Positions 1 through 15,400 of a stretch of 64,000 bases of DNA are shown here, in pieces. The notes beneath the pieces are model-generated. The model did not search any database. It worked only from the letters and a program-made list of their open reading frames with translations, and had not been told where the DNA came from. The position numbers and the translations under genes were made by a program. Within the stretch, counting starts at the first letter, position 1. Each line of letters begins with the position of its first letter. Source of the stretch: Callorhinchus milii (taxonomy: Eukaryota); contig NW_024704743.1 in the NCBI RefSeq assembly GCF_018977255.1, positions 106,146,001 through 106,210,000 of the forward strand, given 5' to 3'.

Positions 1-245
1 ACAAAAATGTTAAACCCACCTACATAGGTGCCTGATTAAGTATTTTAATAGTTTGTATAATCAGAAAACCACAAATGAATTGGAATTCTTATGATGTTTT
101 CACTTCTGGAATAAGTGAACCGAATATTCCATTACTTTTCGTTGTGTATTTTTTTCCCAATGGGAATCTGCCGTCTTCATTCACTGTACCTTTGTAATGC
201 AAATTGACACTTCATGGTCTAAATGTATTCTGACCTCTGATTTAG

Positions 246-400
246 TTGTAGAGTACAAAGTTGACATATATACTGGGAATGTGAACCACGGGGCCATTCA
301 AGGAACATTTTACATTATTGTACATGGAGAGAAAGGGGACACTGGAAAACGCTGGCTGAAACAATCTGCTCAGTCAGAGGTTATATTTGATCCAGGACAG
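246..400 (+). CDS. PLAT gene exon a (PLAT1 N-part: [10 protein letters not shown]...[12 protein letters not shown]...FDPGQ)
   Basis: tttag acceptor, cag|gtatgt donor, phase 1 to 0. Confidence 0.93.
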
Positions 401-3400
401 GTATGTTTGCGTGAATGAGGTTCGGAATATTTGGATAATATTTGGATAACTTTCGTGACCATTCTGTGCTTCACACTGAAGCAAATCCAATCCACTTTGA
501 TACTTGAAACTATCATTTCCTGCTGGTAATGTCTGATTTCAGTTGGAAGTCAAACATTACTGATTTTTCTTTCACTTTTGTTTTATAAATTCATAATAAC
601 TACAGTTCAGAATAAGCCATTCAGTGAGCCAGTGCTATACTCCATATGGGTGCCCATCTTAGATCCAATCCTTAGTCCATTATTCCAGCCCTATCCCCAT
701 GTCCCTCAATTCCAGACAGGGCAAAACCTTGGGCAAGTTTCCTTACTCCACACTCCTAATAATAATCCCTCCAAAACCAAAAACAATAATAAATTGGTCA
801 TTTTCAATCTACGACTGTTTGTGGGACATTGCTGTGCGCAATTGGCTGCCGCGTTCGCCCACAAATATACAGTCATTTCACTTTACAGTGTCTTCTGTGA
901 AGCGCTTTGGGACGTCCTCCCGACGTGAAAAGCGCTATATCAAATGCAAGGATTATTATTATTATTTTATTTTCCCTCAGTCTTTTTTNAATGTAAATTT
1001 GGATTATTATAAATTCTCAAGTTCTCATTATTGTAAGAACAGTAAAAAGAAAAGACAATATGTATATTGGAAGACATAGAATACTTAAATCATTGAAGCA
1101 TTCAATTTAAATATTCATTTCAGTGTCAAATAAGCTTATGTCATGCTTCAGAACAAGTTACATTTTTAGTAAATAAATAGTAAGAAATTTAACAAAAATT
1201 CAGAGCCTTGTGTGGGACAGGATGTGGGCTCCAGAGTTCTGGATGATTGGCTCTTAACTGATTTCACCTCATCCGCTCTTATCTCCTGAGGAAATTCATG
1301 CATAGAATCTCCATCTTGCCAATACCCACAAAGGTCATTCGGTAAAACTCGAGAATAATCATGGATTCCTGACATCGCTATGAGAAATCAATTTGGTCTG
1401 AATCTATGTATTACTCTTGATAGAGTCTGAATACTCCTACTTATGGAATATACTATTCCTTACTTATATGGTATTTAAGTGAGCAGAAAGAGAATGGAGT
1501 CGATAGCTCCAGTGGAGGAGCAAGCAGCAAAACAGACTGGATGTTGCTGAATGCCCTCCATCCACTCTGTAAAGATTCTGTGATTCAATAATTTAGATCA
1601 TTCCTTACCAGGTATTTGTTTGCAGAAAGGTAGCTTAATTACTGTATGGGATGACCTTTGTGACATTTCCCAACCCTGCAAGATTTCACCTCATGTATGT
1701 TGCCAGGCTTGTATCTCAGTGCATGTTTGAAAAACGGGATAATGTTTGCGATACTCTAGCCCTGGGATATTCAGCATTTATAGACCTGCTAAAATATTCT
1801 CCAGAATTTCATCTACTTTGTCTTAAATTTGCTTCAGGAGATACAGAATTATGTAGGATTCTCTTTCTCTGTTGCCTTTTAGATGTTGAATTCTTTGATG
1901 ACTTGTGTAATACAGTGGGGCCTATTATAGCTTTGGGCCATAAAATCCCAACCAGCACTGTAATGAGGTACTATCGTTGGTCAACGCTACTGCACATTCT
2001 CACAGCAAGACAAAACTCTGATCAACCTGCAGGAAGCCAAAATAGCTGACTTCTGGGACAATAAGTTGTCACCCTTATCAGCTGTGACCCGATGACATGG
2101 AGGGAGCTATTTTTGCTTTGACTAATCCACTCCAAAATTCCTATTCAAATAAAGACAAACCTTGCATTTGATATAACGCCTTTACGTCAGGAGGATGTCT
2201 CAAAGTACTTAACGGGAGTTACTATAAGTAACTTGTTCACTAGAGTTTTGGATGAACCAAAAATAATAACACAAAGGAACATGATTTTATAAATGGAAAC
2301 TTTGGTGTCTTGAGACAAGCCCTAGGGCGGCTTAAGCAGAAAGCAAAACAAGAAAATTAACAATTCATTGGCTTCGCAGTCCATTGCATTTGTAGGATTT
2401 TACTGGCACAAAGTCTGGCTCCATAACAAGATTCACGTCATTTCTAATTGACATTTCATATTCTCTACAGCGCTTTGAGATGTTTCTTTTACATGAGAGA
2501 TGCTATATAAATTTAAGTGTTTCTGTTGAAGAAAGTTATTTTTCCAACTATTTTACACTGGTTTAAAATAGACTTAAAATAATTCTATTACTTTGTTTTA
2601 TTTTATTTTTTCTGCTTTCTTCTTAATCCCTCAAAGAACTCACAATATTTTTATTTAATAATAAATAATCCTTGCATTTGTAATAACACTTTACATGTTA
2701 GAATTGCTTCAAATACTTTCAGTATATATTGTTAAATGTAATGACTGTGTACTTTGGAGGTGGACACGGCAGCTAGTGTACATTCAGCGAACGAACACAA
2801 AAAGCCAGGAAGCGAAAGACCAATTTTTACCTGGGGGATTTTTGGACAGGATACTGGGGAAAGCCCCCCTCTCTTTTTGAATAACGTTGTGAGTTCTTTA
2901 ATGTCCACCCTGAACAGGCAGACATCTCCATCTCCTCTCCTCTGAAGTACAACACCTCCAACAATGCAGCTTGCCCCCCAGCTCTGCACTGGAGTGTCAG
3001 TCTGTACTGTCAGTTCAAAGTCCCAATTTCAGTTGTGGGATTTGAAGCCACAATCTTCTGACTCAGTGGCAAGCACCCTGGCTACAGCTAAAATTACACA
3101 CCTCTGTGTTATTTTTGGTCCAGGCAAATCTTCAATAATAAATAAGTAATATAATGTTCACGACTTTAGCTCTCATCAGATACATAGACTCTAACAAATC
3201 ATGTTGGTTCATGTTGCAAAATAGCCACCGATCCATTGTTTTATCTTCCATTTCCCTCCATCGCAAACTCTTACCTCTCTCACCACCATTTGATCATCCT
3301 AGGCCACGTTTTTTCTTATGTTCTACCTCCTCTTCCAAATCTAGTTCAAATTAACAGTAACGGTACTTCTATTGAATGATAACAGCTCAGCATCCCATAC

Positions 3401-6400
3401 ACTGTAGTATGTACATAAGATCTTCTTCTGCCTGAAATAATTACTCAGCTATTTAAAATGTGTATTTAAAATGTATTCAACTAACTGCCAAGTGTATCAG
3501 AAAGGAATTAGAACGGGTACCTGGAAAGGATTCAGGGTTACTACATGATGAGGTGCATAATAAGAATATAATAATAATTCTTGCATTTGATATAGTACCT
3601 TACATGCATTGAAGGAATCTGTTGAGAATTTTGGATGGGTAAACTAGATACCTGGAACTATTACTAATTATTCATTGAAGTCTATTATCCTGCTTATGTT
3701 CCCAGATAATGCTTCAACTGCATGTAATGTAATCATACAATAGACTTTTATTTTGTGCTTTAACTTTTTTTTTATCTTTTCAGACAGCAACATTCATTTT
3801 CAAAGCAGTGGATCTAGGTAGAGTACAATATCTTACTGTTGGATACAGCAGTCTACAAGGTATTTTGATCAGAATTTCTATTTAATTAGTCTACAATCAT
3901 AAAAACACAACAACAGCAGCTTGCATTTATATAGCAATCTTTATACAGGATAGCGTCTCAGAGTGCTCATAGAAGCAACACAATTGCTATATTTTCTAAT
4001 TTTCTGCAAGACTGAAAGTAGCTCCTCATGGAAGAATAATTTCAGATCTTAGCTTATCTTTGACCACAAAATACACAGTCACTCCACTTCAGAGTATATC
4101 CTGCAAAGTATTTTGAAACATCCTCTTCACATGAAAAGTGCTATATTAAATGCAAGGCTTATTCTTATTAATATTGGTATTATTTGCTTTAACTTGCATG
4201 TGTTTGATAAGGTCATTCAAATAAAAGGAGTTGAAGGTCTCCTCATATCACTGGTTATAAGACTTGATGTTGAATTGAGATCCTGTCACTTTTGACTCCA
4301 CCAACCAGACTTCTACTCAAAAACAGTAGTCAAGAGTTCTCCCCCAATCCCTATTCCACAATCCTGAGACTGACCTCCTTGGGGAGGGGGGTGGGGAACC
4401 CTCAAAGCATTTGCAAAATAAATTTTGATACTGGGGGCCGTTTTCAAGATCTTTTGGCAGACGGTTTGGCCTTTTTCAAGGCACAAAGAAATAGCCCTGA
4501 AAAGTTCACTAAAAGGTTGGGGAAGCAAAACAGCCTTTGCCAGTTTTCAAGATTGCAATTTTTTCCCATCTTTTTGGTGAATTTACCCACAATATCCCAC
4601 AATTTAATTCTGAAGTCTCAATTAGCACAGGGAATTCTGATTTGCAGACATTACCTTTTAGAAGAACAAACTAAAGGTGTAAGCCTGGCACTTGCCTCTG
4701 ATTTAGAAGGTTGTGGTTTATTGTGAGAACTGTGTAGTGATGTTGTGATAGTGCTGGCGGAAGGGGGCTGCACATTGTCAGAGCTGCTATCCTTCAGATG
4801 AAACTTTAAACTGCCTATTTAGTTGGCTGTCAAAGTTCCCATGGCACCACTGGAAAAGAGAAAGGAGTTTCTCATGGTGTCCTGGCCAACAATCCCCAGA
4901 TAAAATTGGTCATTCACTTCACGGTTGTTTCTGGGACATTGGTGTATTCAAATTGTCTACTGTGTTTGCCTATAAAATATACAGTAATTACACTTTATAG
5001 TAAATCCTGTGAAGTGCGTTGAGACATCCATGCAATGTAAAAAGGTGCTAACATTCAATGCTTGATTTAGTGACAGCTATGTTTCAAAAATGGTTAATAA
5101 CGTTACTAAAGCTTCAATTTTTTTCTCCATATTTAATAATCAGATTGGTTCCTGGAGAAAATCACAGTGGTGGAAGGAGCATTACCCATTTCTACTTACA
5201 CTTTTAGCCACGATGACTGGATTGTCAAACATGAAAAGGAAGATACTTACTCTGAAACAATCATCCATCTTCAAGGTATCACATCCTTCTCTACTTAGCA
5301 CTCCTCCACCTCAGACACAAAATATTGCTTAGCTTTGCCATCCTGAGTGCAGTTGAGAATACTGTCTTGTCAGAGATGAAACAATAAACTGAGGTCCCAT
5401 CTGCCTGCTCAGGTGGAAGTTAAAAGATCCCATGAAACTGTTGGAAAATAAAAGCGATTTTCTCCTGATGTCCTAGCCAACAATCCTAAAGTAAAACTTT
5501 GGTCATTAATTTCATAGGTGTCGGACAATTCTATGTGCAAACTACACTCTGCAGAAAACTCTGTAATGTGCTTTGCTTCGACATAAGAGGTGTCACATCA
5601 AACGCAAGAATTATTATTGTAATCTGAAACTAGTCTTAAATGTTCAATAATCACAACCCTGGTGGGAATCGAAAAGAATAATATTCGTGTTGGTTTAAAT
5701 TCATTAAGCAATAAAGTATGATATTTAAAAATGGTAAACATAACTTAGAATATGCTCTGCAGGATTGACTGGAAATAAGGAATAATTTTGCCATTTCTTT
5801 TCTCATTTTTATTCTCATTTTTTATTACCTATATCTTGAGATGAAATAAGTTTGTGGGATAGAATTTTAATATGAAGGGAACACCCTTTTTCATTTTAGT
5901 TCTGAATACTTTGAGAATCTGTCAGCAGTGTGCGCTCTTGATGGGAACATCACATGCGTTTGCTACACAGTTACAAAGTCACTGCACTTCACAATAAATC
6001 CTGTGAAATAATTTGAGATATTTAATCAATATTTAAAAATGGTAAACATTTATAAGACCTAACATTTCCTTTTTAACTTAGAATATGCTCTGCAGGATTG
6101 ACTGGAAATAAGGAATCATTTTGCCATTTCTTTTCTCATTTTTATTACCTATATCTTGAGATGTAATAAGTTTGTGGGATAGAATTTTAATATGAAGTGA
6201 ACACCCTTTTCATTTTAGTTCTGAATACTTTGAGAATCTGTCAGCAGTGTGCGCTCTTGATGGGAACATCACATGCGTTTGCTATGTTACAAAGTCACTG
6301 CACTTCACAATAAATCCTGTGAAATAATTTGAGATATTTAATCAATATGATACGGCAATATATCAAATGCAAGGATTCTTTATCATTGCCAATGTAAGTA

Positions 6401-9400
6401 AATTTACTAAGAAAATTAGATATCAATCAATTAAACTTAGTGCTGGTTTGTTTTTGTTATTCAGAAGCAGCTCGTAATTTCCCTAACCCAATGAAGGATT
6501 ATCCTAGTGAAAGCCAAGGAAACTGGATTGTGTGGCTGCATACAATGGAGTTTGAAAATTTAACCGAAAAGCAGATAATTTCTTTAATTGTGTTTGGTAA
6601 AAATAATAAATCTGTTTCGCTGCCAACATTTGACCAGAAGGATGAACCATTTGAAGTAAGTGAATTGAAAAGAATGAAATTCTTCAAATACACTGAAGTT
6701 TATATGTTTTTTCTGATGATGATCTAAATATAAAGCACAGAATTGATCTTGGTGAATGAGTGGACCCGATTCTTCTCTGGTTGTATAAATTTATCTATAA
6801 TTGGGATTCATCTCTCATTTTATTTTAATTTTAAAATATTATTTATCAAACATGGGAGTAGATTTTGCAGTATCTCTTTACTTCATGGCTGTTTGTGGGA
6901 TGTTGCAATGCATGCACAAATTGGCTGTCACGTTTGCCTACAAAATACATGGTGATTACACTTTGGAGTAAATTCTGTGAAGTGCTTAGAAATGTGAAAG
7001 GCGCAGTATTCAATGCAATGCACAATGCTTATTATTTTTAGTATTATAAATTAAGACATCCAAGTGGAAACTCTTTTCAAGAGATCACACATGTCACACT
7101 GACTAAAAGGACCTCTTGCTCAAAAAATAATAATAATCCTCACATTTAATAAAGCCCTTTACTGTGTCATCGAGACATCTCAAAACACATCTCAAAAGTT
7201 TTACAGTATTCTCAGTTTTGTTTATTGACCATATAGGAAGTAGTAACTGTTTAATGCAAAGTGCATTTCAGGATGACAAACAGAACGGGATATCAGGGAA
7301 ATCTCATTCTAATCAAACAAAAAGGTTTGCTATTTTTAGCAATTGGCAATGCAAGGACCCAGTTATGAATGTATGGAATGTATGGAACTCACTACCCCAA
7401 AGGGCTGTTGACGCTCAGTCCTTGAACATATTCAAGACTGAGATAGATAGATTTCTTATTGCAAAAGGGATTAAGGGATATGGGGATAAGGCAGGGTCAG
7501 GTTATTAGCTGGAGTTAGATTAGAAGATCAGTCATAATTGAATGGTGGGGCAGGCTCAAAGGGCCGAATGGCCTGCTCCTGCTCCTACATGTTATGTTAT
7601 GTTATGTTATGTTATGTTATGTTATGTTATGTTATGTTATGTTAAATACATAAACATGGACGTTTGCATGAAGGACAAGTCAGCACAATGATGCAATGTA
7701 TGATATACAGACTGTAAAACTAATCAGTCACATGGTCATGATTAATTCATAGTTAACTTCGTAAGTGGAAACATTCATCATTCCTTTTTGTATGTGAAGC
7801 ATCATTTATTTGTGCCAAAGTTTCAAATGTCATTTTTGAATGATATTTTTGGAAAGGTACAAGAGTGTTACGTTGTAAAAAATATTTCCTCCAGCCGCAG
7901 ATTTTGTAGATGTACAGATAAGCATGTATGTCAAGCCACCGATTTTTATTTATATATGGTCTACACTCAGCAAATCTCCTTCATTTGTTGCAGTCTAATC
8001 TATCACATAACAGATATAAGGTCAGGAAATCAGTGCAATACATAAGAACATAAGAAATGCTAGAGGAAAAAAGACCAAGGTCCATCTAGTTCACCTTCCA
8101 CCTTCCTGACGGTCGCTTGCACGTATGTCCCAAACTACCCCTGTAATATAACCCATAATGTTATTTCCTAAAAGAAAACTATCGAATCTGTGTTTGAAAG
8201 AATCAAAACTTCCTACTTCAACTGTCTCACTAGGGAGCCTGTTCCACAAGTTCACTATTCACTCACTGAAATAGTATTTGCGTAGATTCATTCTGAATTT
8301 ACCCCACTTCAATCGCAGACCGTGTCCTCTGGTTTTATTATTCTGGACACGTTGAAGCAGCCTGTCATTATCTATATTGTCTTACCCCTTTGGAATCTTA
8401 AAGACAGCAATCATGCCGCTTCTCAATCTTCTCTTTTCCAGCGTGAACAAGACCAATTTACTGAGTCAAAAAAAAATCCAGGGAAATCAGAAACATGTAA
8501 AATAATATAAATAACACCTAGTTACTTAACGTGTCCATTATTGTCTTTATTAAGGTCTATTGTTTATGTAGAAATGTTATCTATTACATTTATTGAAATA
8601 AATGTAAGGTTTATGTGAAAAGTCAAGTTGTTAGCTGATGGAAAAAGCATACTATCATCATAACTTACATATATTGGCACCTTTCATGTAGAAGAAACAT
8701 CTCAAAGTACTTTTGAAAATGAGATTAACTGAAAATGAAGTGAATGTTGTGTAAGGAATATTGTGCAGTTAATTTGTACCAGCAATGTCCAACAAACCGC
8801 CATGAGATAAGTAGCTAATGCATGTAAATTTGGACAAGGAGGGACTACAAGATGGGATAACCTTACAAGAGGTATTTTAGGCTTTTCCAACTGGAACTAT
8901 GCAACTTATCATGCCTTTCACTGTACCCAAGATTGCATCTGGTTAAAATACATTTAGACGTGATATTGAAAGGAGAAAAAATATAAATCGCAGCAAGGAA
9001 GATCACATGACAGGTGTTCCTTTAACTATTCCTGTAGTTTTACTTCCTTTCCTCATGCTTCATGGTAAATTATTGCGACTGCAGTTTTGTTGATGAATAT
9101 ATTTGTGTATAAATATGTTCTGTTCTCATTCATATTTACCATTTGCTTCTTTTCTAGATATCACTTGAAGATATTGGTGAAATAATAAAGGTTTCCTTGG
9201 TATTGGAATTTTCCACCATGACCATGGGATTAAAACTCTTAAAGGTGGGCGATTTTAGGAAAAATAGTCTTTTTTTCAAAAATATTATCATAATAATAAT
9301 AATCCTTGCATTTGAGATAGCGCTTTTCACGTCTTCTAGATGTCTCAAAGCACTTCACAGAATATACTGTAAAGTGAATTGACTGTATATTTATGGGCGA

Positions 9401-12400
9401 AACGCGACAGCCAATTGCGCACAGCAGTGTCCCACAAACAGTCGTGGATTAAAAATGACCAAATTATTTTTTTTTTGGAGGTATTATTATTAGGCGACAA
9501 TTATTATTGTCACTTTAATAAAAGGAAACATTCAAAACACCGGTTAATTTTCAGTAGCTACAAAAGTACAAATATACTTCGCAAAATTCCTTCTCTCTCA
9601 GTTACGTATGAAGCACATGGACACAAACCAGGAGCTTGGATTTTCCATCAGAGATCGCTGGTTGTTTGAACAAAACGCAAATGAAACCGTGACGGAGCTG
9701 GCAGCTATTACACCACACAAGCAACCACTGCAAGGTAAATCAAATACATAAAGTCATCTAAGCACTAGTAAGGATTCTAAAATGTATTTCATAAAACATC
9801 CAATACACCTAATCTACTTATTCCACGTATCATGGGCTAATCCACCTATTTTATTCATTACAGTCTAAACCACTTATTCCTTCTGTTGCAATCTAATCCA
9901 CCAATTTCATCTGCTACAATCTGATACACATATTGCAATCTATTTGATCCATTGCAGTCTAACAGAACTATTTTATCCATTACAGTATAATAAACTCAAT
10001 TCATCTATTACATCCAATACAATATTTTACATTATATAGCACCTTTCATGTCTGCAGGATGTTCTAAATAGCTTAACAGTACGGGCTAATGCAACTATAT
10101 TGTCTAATACAGTGTATTTCCTCAGAATGCAATAGTTAATATATTTATGTCGATATTATGTAAGCATGTCTGTATCCAACATTTTTATGTTTCTATCAGG
10201 GTATATATGTTTGTCGTCTATATAATTAGCAGAAGCCTGTGAACAATAACAGCAGCAGGGCGCTCAATCTCTTTGTAATTCTCTTTATTTCAACCTGTTA
10301 CCAATTAGAATAGTATCATCAATTATCACCATGGAGGTCGAGTTGTCAGAATTAGTGCACCATTCATATTAAAGGTTTTTTTCATAAGTTAGAATAATAT
10401 GTACAGAACTTTCATTTGAAAATTGATTTATGTTATGTTTTAAGCAAATATTAAGAATGCATTGCTATGACTAGTATCATTCATTTTGCTTAAATGATAT
10501 TGATTTGAAGAGAGCAAAGGAATCCTATCAGACATAAAACATGTTTTAAATAATGGTCATTACAATTACTTCCTTAATTTACAATAGGGATGATCCTCCC
10601 AAAGTTCGGTCAATTTACAGATGAGCAGAAGTGTTCTCATCCATCACGATCTATAAATTTCCCAAACTTTGGACCAGACCTAATACTGTACTGTGATTGT
10701 AACCTCCCCTAGTTCTCAATGTATTGTTAAAAACTATAACCTCCTAATGTTTCTGCTTCTTGCAGATGTGTACTATACACTATACATATGGACAGGGAAT
10801 CTTCTTGCAGCAGGTACCGATGCCCCTATATATATCACAATATATGGTGAAAATGGAGACACCAGCAAAAGGAAACTCCAATATAATGATGTTCCAACTT
10901 TGTTTGATAAAGGACAGGTTAGTATAGTGTTTACAGTTACCTGCAATAAAGTTGCAGCTACTGAACAGTTGTGTGACACAAGCAGTTCGTATGCAGCTTG
11001 AGTCTCACAGTAGAAATGTACCTTCTGGTCTTTATTGTTTCCAGAGGATGATACAGTACAAAAATAGACCATTTGGGCCACCACCTAACCCGTGATGGTG
11101 TTCATACTGCACATTTCCCTCTCGTATACCCCTCTATTCCCTTCTCCCATGTGTATGGATCATATTATCTCTTAAATACATTGATGTTTTTTTACTTCAA
11201 CCAAAGCTGTGAGTTCCACATTTTCACCACCCTCTGTGTAAAGAAGTTCCTCCTATGCTCCCTTTTAGATCTGTTACTAATCTTATATTTATGCTCTGTC
11301 ATTTTGACAACAACAAATAGAAACAGATCAATATCAGCCCTATCCTTAACCTTTCACAAATTTAAGCACCTCTCCCTCTCAAATCCCTTCTAAAACATTT
11401 CATCTCTAGAGAGAAAAGCTCCAACCTATCCAACCTTTTATTTTAATTAGCCATAACCACTTATCCCTGGTAACATCATTGAGGAGTCAAATGGCTTCCT
11501 TCTGTGCTGAAAATTTCTACAATTCTATGATCACTTCAAATTAGACTCCATTGTGAGCACACTATAATGGATTTGTGTTCAAATCCATTCACTCCCTGGC
11601 ACCTCCCTACCTCTCTGACCTGCTCACTCCCCAATCCACCACCCGGCGCCTCCGCTCAACTGGCACCAGCCTCCTGCTCGTTGCTCGCACCCTCCGCCCC
11701 ACCATTGGAGGTCGCACTTTCAGCCACTATGCCCCAAAACTTTGGAACCCTCTCCCTAAATCCCTCTGCCTTGCCCCCTCTCTCCCCTTTTTCAAGTCCC
11801 ATCTGAAATCTGTCCTCTTCGATCGTGCTTATGGCCAACTCTCCCCAATCCCCCTGGCTCAGAGTCAGGCTCCACCACTGTTAAATGCTCTGAGACGCTA
11901 CCCTGCATGGAAGTTGTTATATAAGTGCAAGTTGTTGTTGTACAAGATCTGGAGATCTTATATTCCTTGTATTTTAGCATTTGCATTTTCATCTGCCTGA
12001 CAAGCAATGTGAGACACGTGAGAACTTTGTTAACAACATTTATTATAGTTTCTCATGACCATATTCCAAAAGAAGCCATTCTAATTGTGCATAGTTCACT
12101 GTCAGGATCACACTTAAGTATACCATGTATAATTTTTGGGATCGACAAAAGAAAATTGATACATCTGAGGTTTCAGGCAAGAGCGAGAATGGTGATTTCA
12201 GGATGTCGAACTCCAAGTTTTGATCAGAATCAGATAGAAGATGAACTTCATCGGAAAAGACATTAATCTGTTACAATACTCTTCGGTTTATACATGTGTT
12301 TGTGGCTCCTAATACTACGATTACCAGTGAAATATCATAGATTTAGATCTTTTTCTAATGACTTCCATTCATTTTATTTCTATTTCGTTATAATTCTTGG

Positions 12401-15400
12401 CTAATACATTGTTTTTATTAGATTAATGTCTTTAGTCTCCGAGCCATAGACTTGAGTATTCCAGAAAAGATACATATTGGACACGACAGTTTGGGATATG
12501 GAGCTGGCTGGTATTTGGAAATGATCTATCTAGAAGAACCAACAGAGAATGGCGTGCCCAATGTCTACGTGTTTCCATGCCAACAGTGGCTTGACAGCGA
12601 AGTTGATAGCAAAGATACAAAGAAACAGTTAAACCTCGTTGGAAAAGTCAGCAATAAAACTGACAAGATGATAGCAAGTCTTCAGGGTACGATGAGTTCA
12701 CCATGCCTTTGTATTTGAAATATATTTTTTTCAATAACTGGAGTAGATACTCAAAATGCAGGCTACGTTTTGTCACGTTGCCTGTTGATTTCAGAAATAG
12801 GTTTCATTTTATTACTATTCTGAATTCATTACTGTTTTGTTTCAAGATTGCTGCAACCCTCCAAATTAAACATTACGATTAAAATTACCCCCTCCCCCAT
12901 CCTTCTCAGCTTAATGGGTCTAAAATATGAGATTTGTAATGGGATCTTTAAGTAAGAATCTGATTTGTGAAAATGGGAACTTATCCATTAGCTGGAAGTA
13001 CAAGTGCAAGGAATATTATTATTAATAATAATAATATGTCATTACGTTCCCTAGGAACTAGCTGACATGTTCAAAGTGAAGCTTGAACTCACAACCTTTT
13101 ACTCCGAGAAAATCTACCAACTGAGCCAGACTGACACATATTATGATTTGTTACTTCATATCACATCAATATCTTTTTTTGAAAGTTCATTCTAACCCAA
13201 ATATCTTCAACTGCTGCCTCACCCAAAACATTTGATTCCTGAGTAGAATAAACCATGTTGCTATTAATTCACTTAATTTTCTTACAAGCTGTGGAGAAAA
13301 TCCAACATTTTTTGAACAAGTGTATCTCATATGGGTTAAAAATATACATATCTTTCCTGGTAAGGATACAGCTGTCTGATGTGGTGGTAAAGCTCTTGCT
13401 TTCTACATTAGAAGTGACAGATTTTGATCCTAAGGGACAGTGTGGAGGTAGTGTGTTTATAAAGCATTTTGAAGCTTCGATGCACAATGCTATAGAGTCT
13501 GATTTACAGGTCTGATTTCTCCTCCCTTAACAATGGCTGAATTCCTGGTTTAAGAATTCCAGATATAGACTCCAGGAAAAACCCACGCAGGCATTCAGAG
13601 CATTAGCAAAGTAACATTAGAAGGGGTGGGGGAAGAAATAAAGATCTCATGTTCTTAAAGAAAAGCATCTTGTGATATACTAAGATTCCAGGACGCTTTT
13701 CTTTACTGTCACACCTATGATAAAATTGTCAGAGAGCCTAGCCAGCAGGTTAGTAGATGGGTGCCCACTGTTAAAAAGCCTGAAAACATGACATTGTATT
13801 CCAAAGAAGAAACGGTGGTCTTCTTTCAATCTTTGCTAGTTTGCAAGTGACCCACTGCTTCAAGTGTGATGGGCTGTTTTACACCGCTGGCCAAACTCAG
13901 CAATGAGATTCATTCCACTTAACCTTAGCCTGTAAAATCACTTAAAATTTATGAATTGTTGAAAATTCAGTAATCCAGTCTTAATTTGCAAGTTGTTTTT
14001 CTGCAAGGCTTAAGAAGTATCAAGATCCAATTAGATCAGTATTATTGATGAAGCTATCCCAAGTGAATATTACATAGGAAATAAAGGACTAGAGAAGATC
14101 AGGAAATATATCGATCTGCAAATTGAATGCAGACGAACGTGGCAACATAAAACAAACATAGTTCCTATGATCATTGGTGTAACTGGGACTGCTAATAAGA
14201 CTGTTCAGAAATGGCTTGACAAAATACCAAGTGAACAAAATATCAACCTCCTGCAAAGATAATAATAATCCTTGCTTTTGATATAACGACTTATCACATC
14301 TTTGACATGTCTCAAAGCACTTCACAGAATATACTGTAAAATGAATTGACTGTATTTGGGGGCGAAACGCAGCAGCCAGTTGCGCACAGCGATGTCTCAC
14401 AAACAGTCATAGATTGAGTGACCAAATTATTATTATTTATTTATCTTTTTTTTCAAGGGATTATTACCCCCAGAACAGCGATCCGCCAATCAACTAACAG
14501 CCAGGTTTCCTAGTTACTGCTAGGTAAACAGAAGCGCGTGGAGTAAGGAAACTTGCCCAACATGTCAGCCTGCCTGGGAATCAAACCCAGGTTCTCTCGC
14601 TTGCGAGGCGAGTGCTCTAACCACTAAGCTACAGGACTCTGCAAAAGTAGCTACAAAAGTAGCTATTTTAGGAAGTTCAAAGATACTAAGAAAAGTAACT
14701 TCCATTTATGTGTAACGTGGCAGTGTTATTGTTTTGGCTGACCAATCACTAAAAAACATTTAGAAATACCTATACAGAGTGATTTAAACTGTAATAACAT
14801 AACAATAATAATCCTTACATTTGATAAAGCAATTTATAGGTCTAACAACAATTTTTGGGTCTAATACCATGCATTGGATAAATCGCCTTATCACATCGAC
14901 AATATGTCACAGGATTTTACTGTGAAGTGCAGTAACTGTGTATTTGTAGGCAAACCTGGGAGACACTTTTGCCTACAGACATGACAACCAACAAACTTAT
15001 TAGGAGATTGATGGACACAACTTTGAGACCTCTCGATGATGTGATAAGGCGCAGTATTAAATGCAAGGATTATTATTATTATAATATTGTTTTGTAATAC
15101 TGAGTAACTTATCAATGACTCCGCATAAATATCTTTGTCTATGTAGCAGGGACTTGGAATATCTTTGTTATCACCAGTAACAAAGGCAACAACAACACAA
15201 CTCTAAATGCGACATTGACAGTGTGCTGCCAGGATGGTGAATGTCCACCCATATATCTTCTAAGTGGGTTTCTAAAGAGAGATTATACACACCAAACTTC
15301 AGTGCACATAGGAGAGGAATTAGGATCCATCACCAAATTGAGGCTGCAGATGGATGAAGGCACGACTGACGAGAGTTGGTATTGTGAGAAGGTAATGAAA

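Noticed and set aside
989..989. Single ambiguous base N
   Set aside because: Assembly ambiguity in a T run; no biological meaning.
1651..2049. 132-aa intronic ORF
   Set aside because: No recognisable domain and not needed for exon phase continuity.
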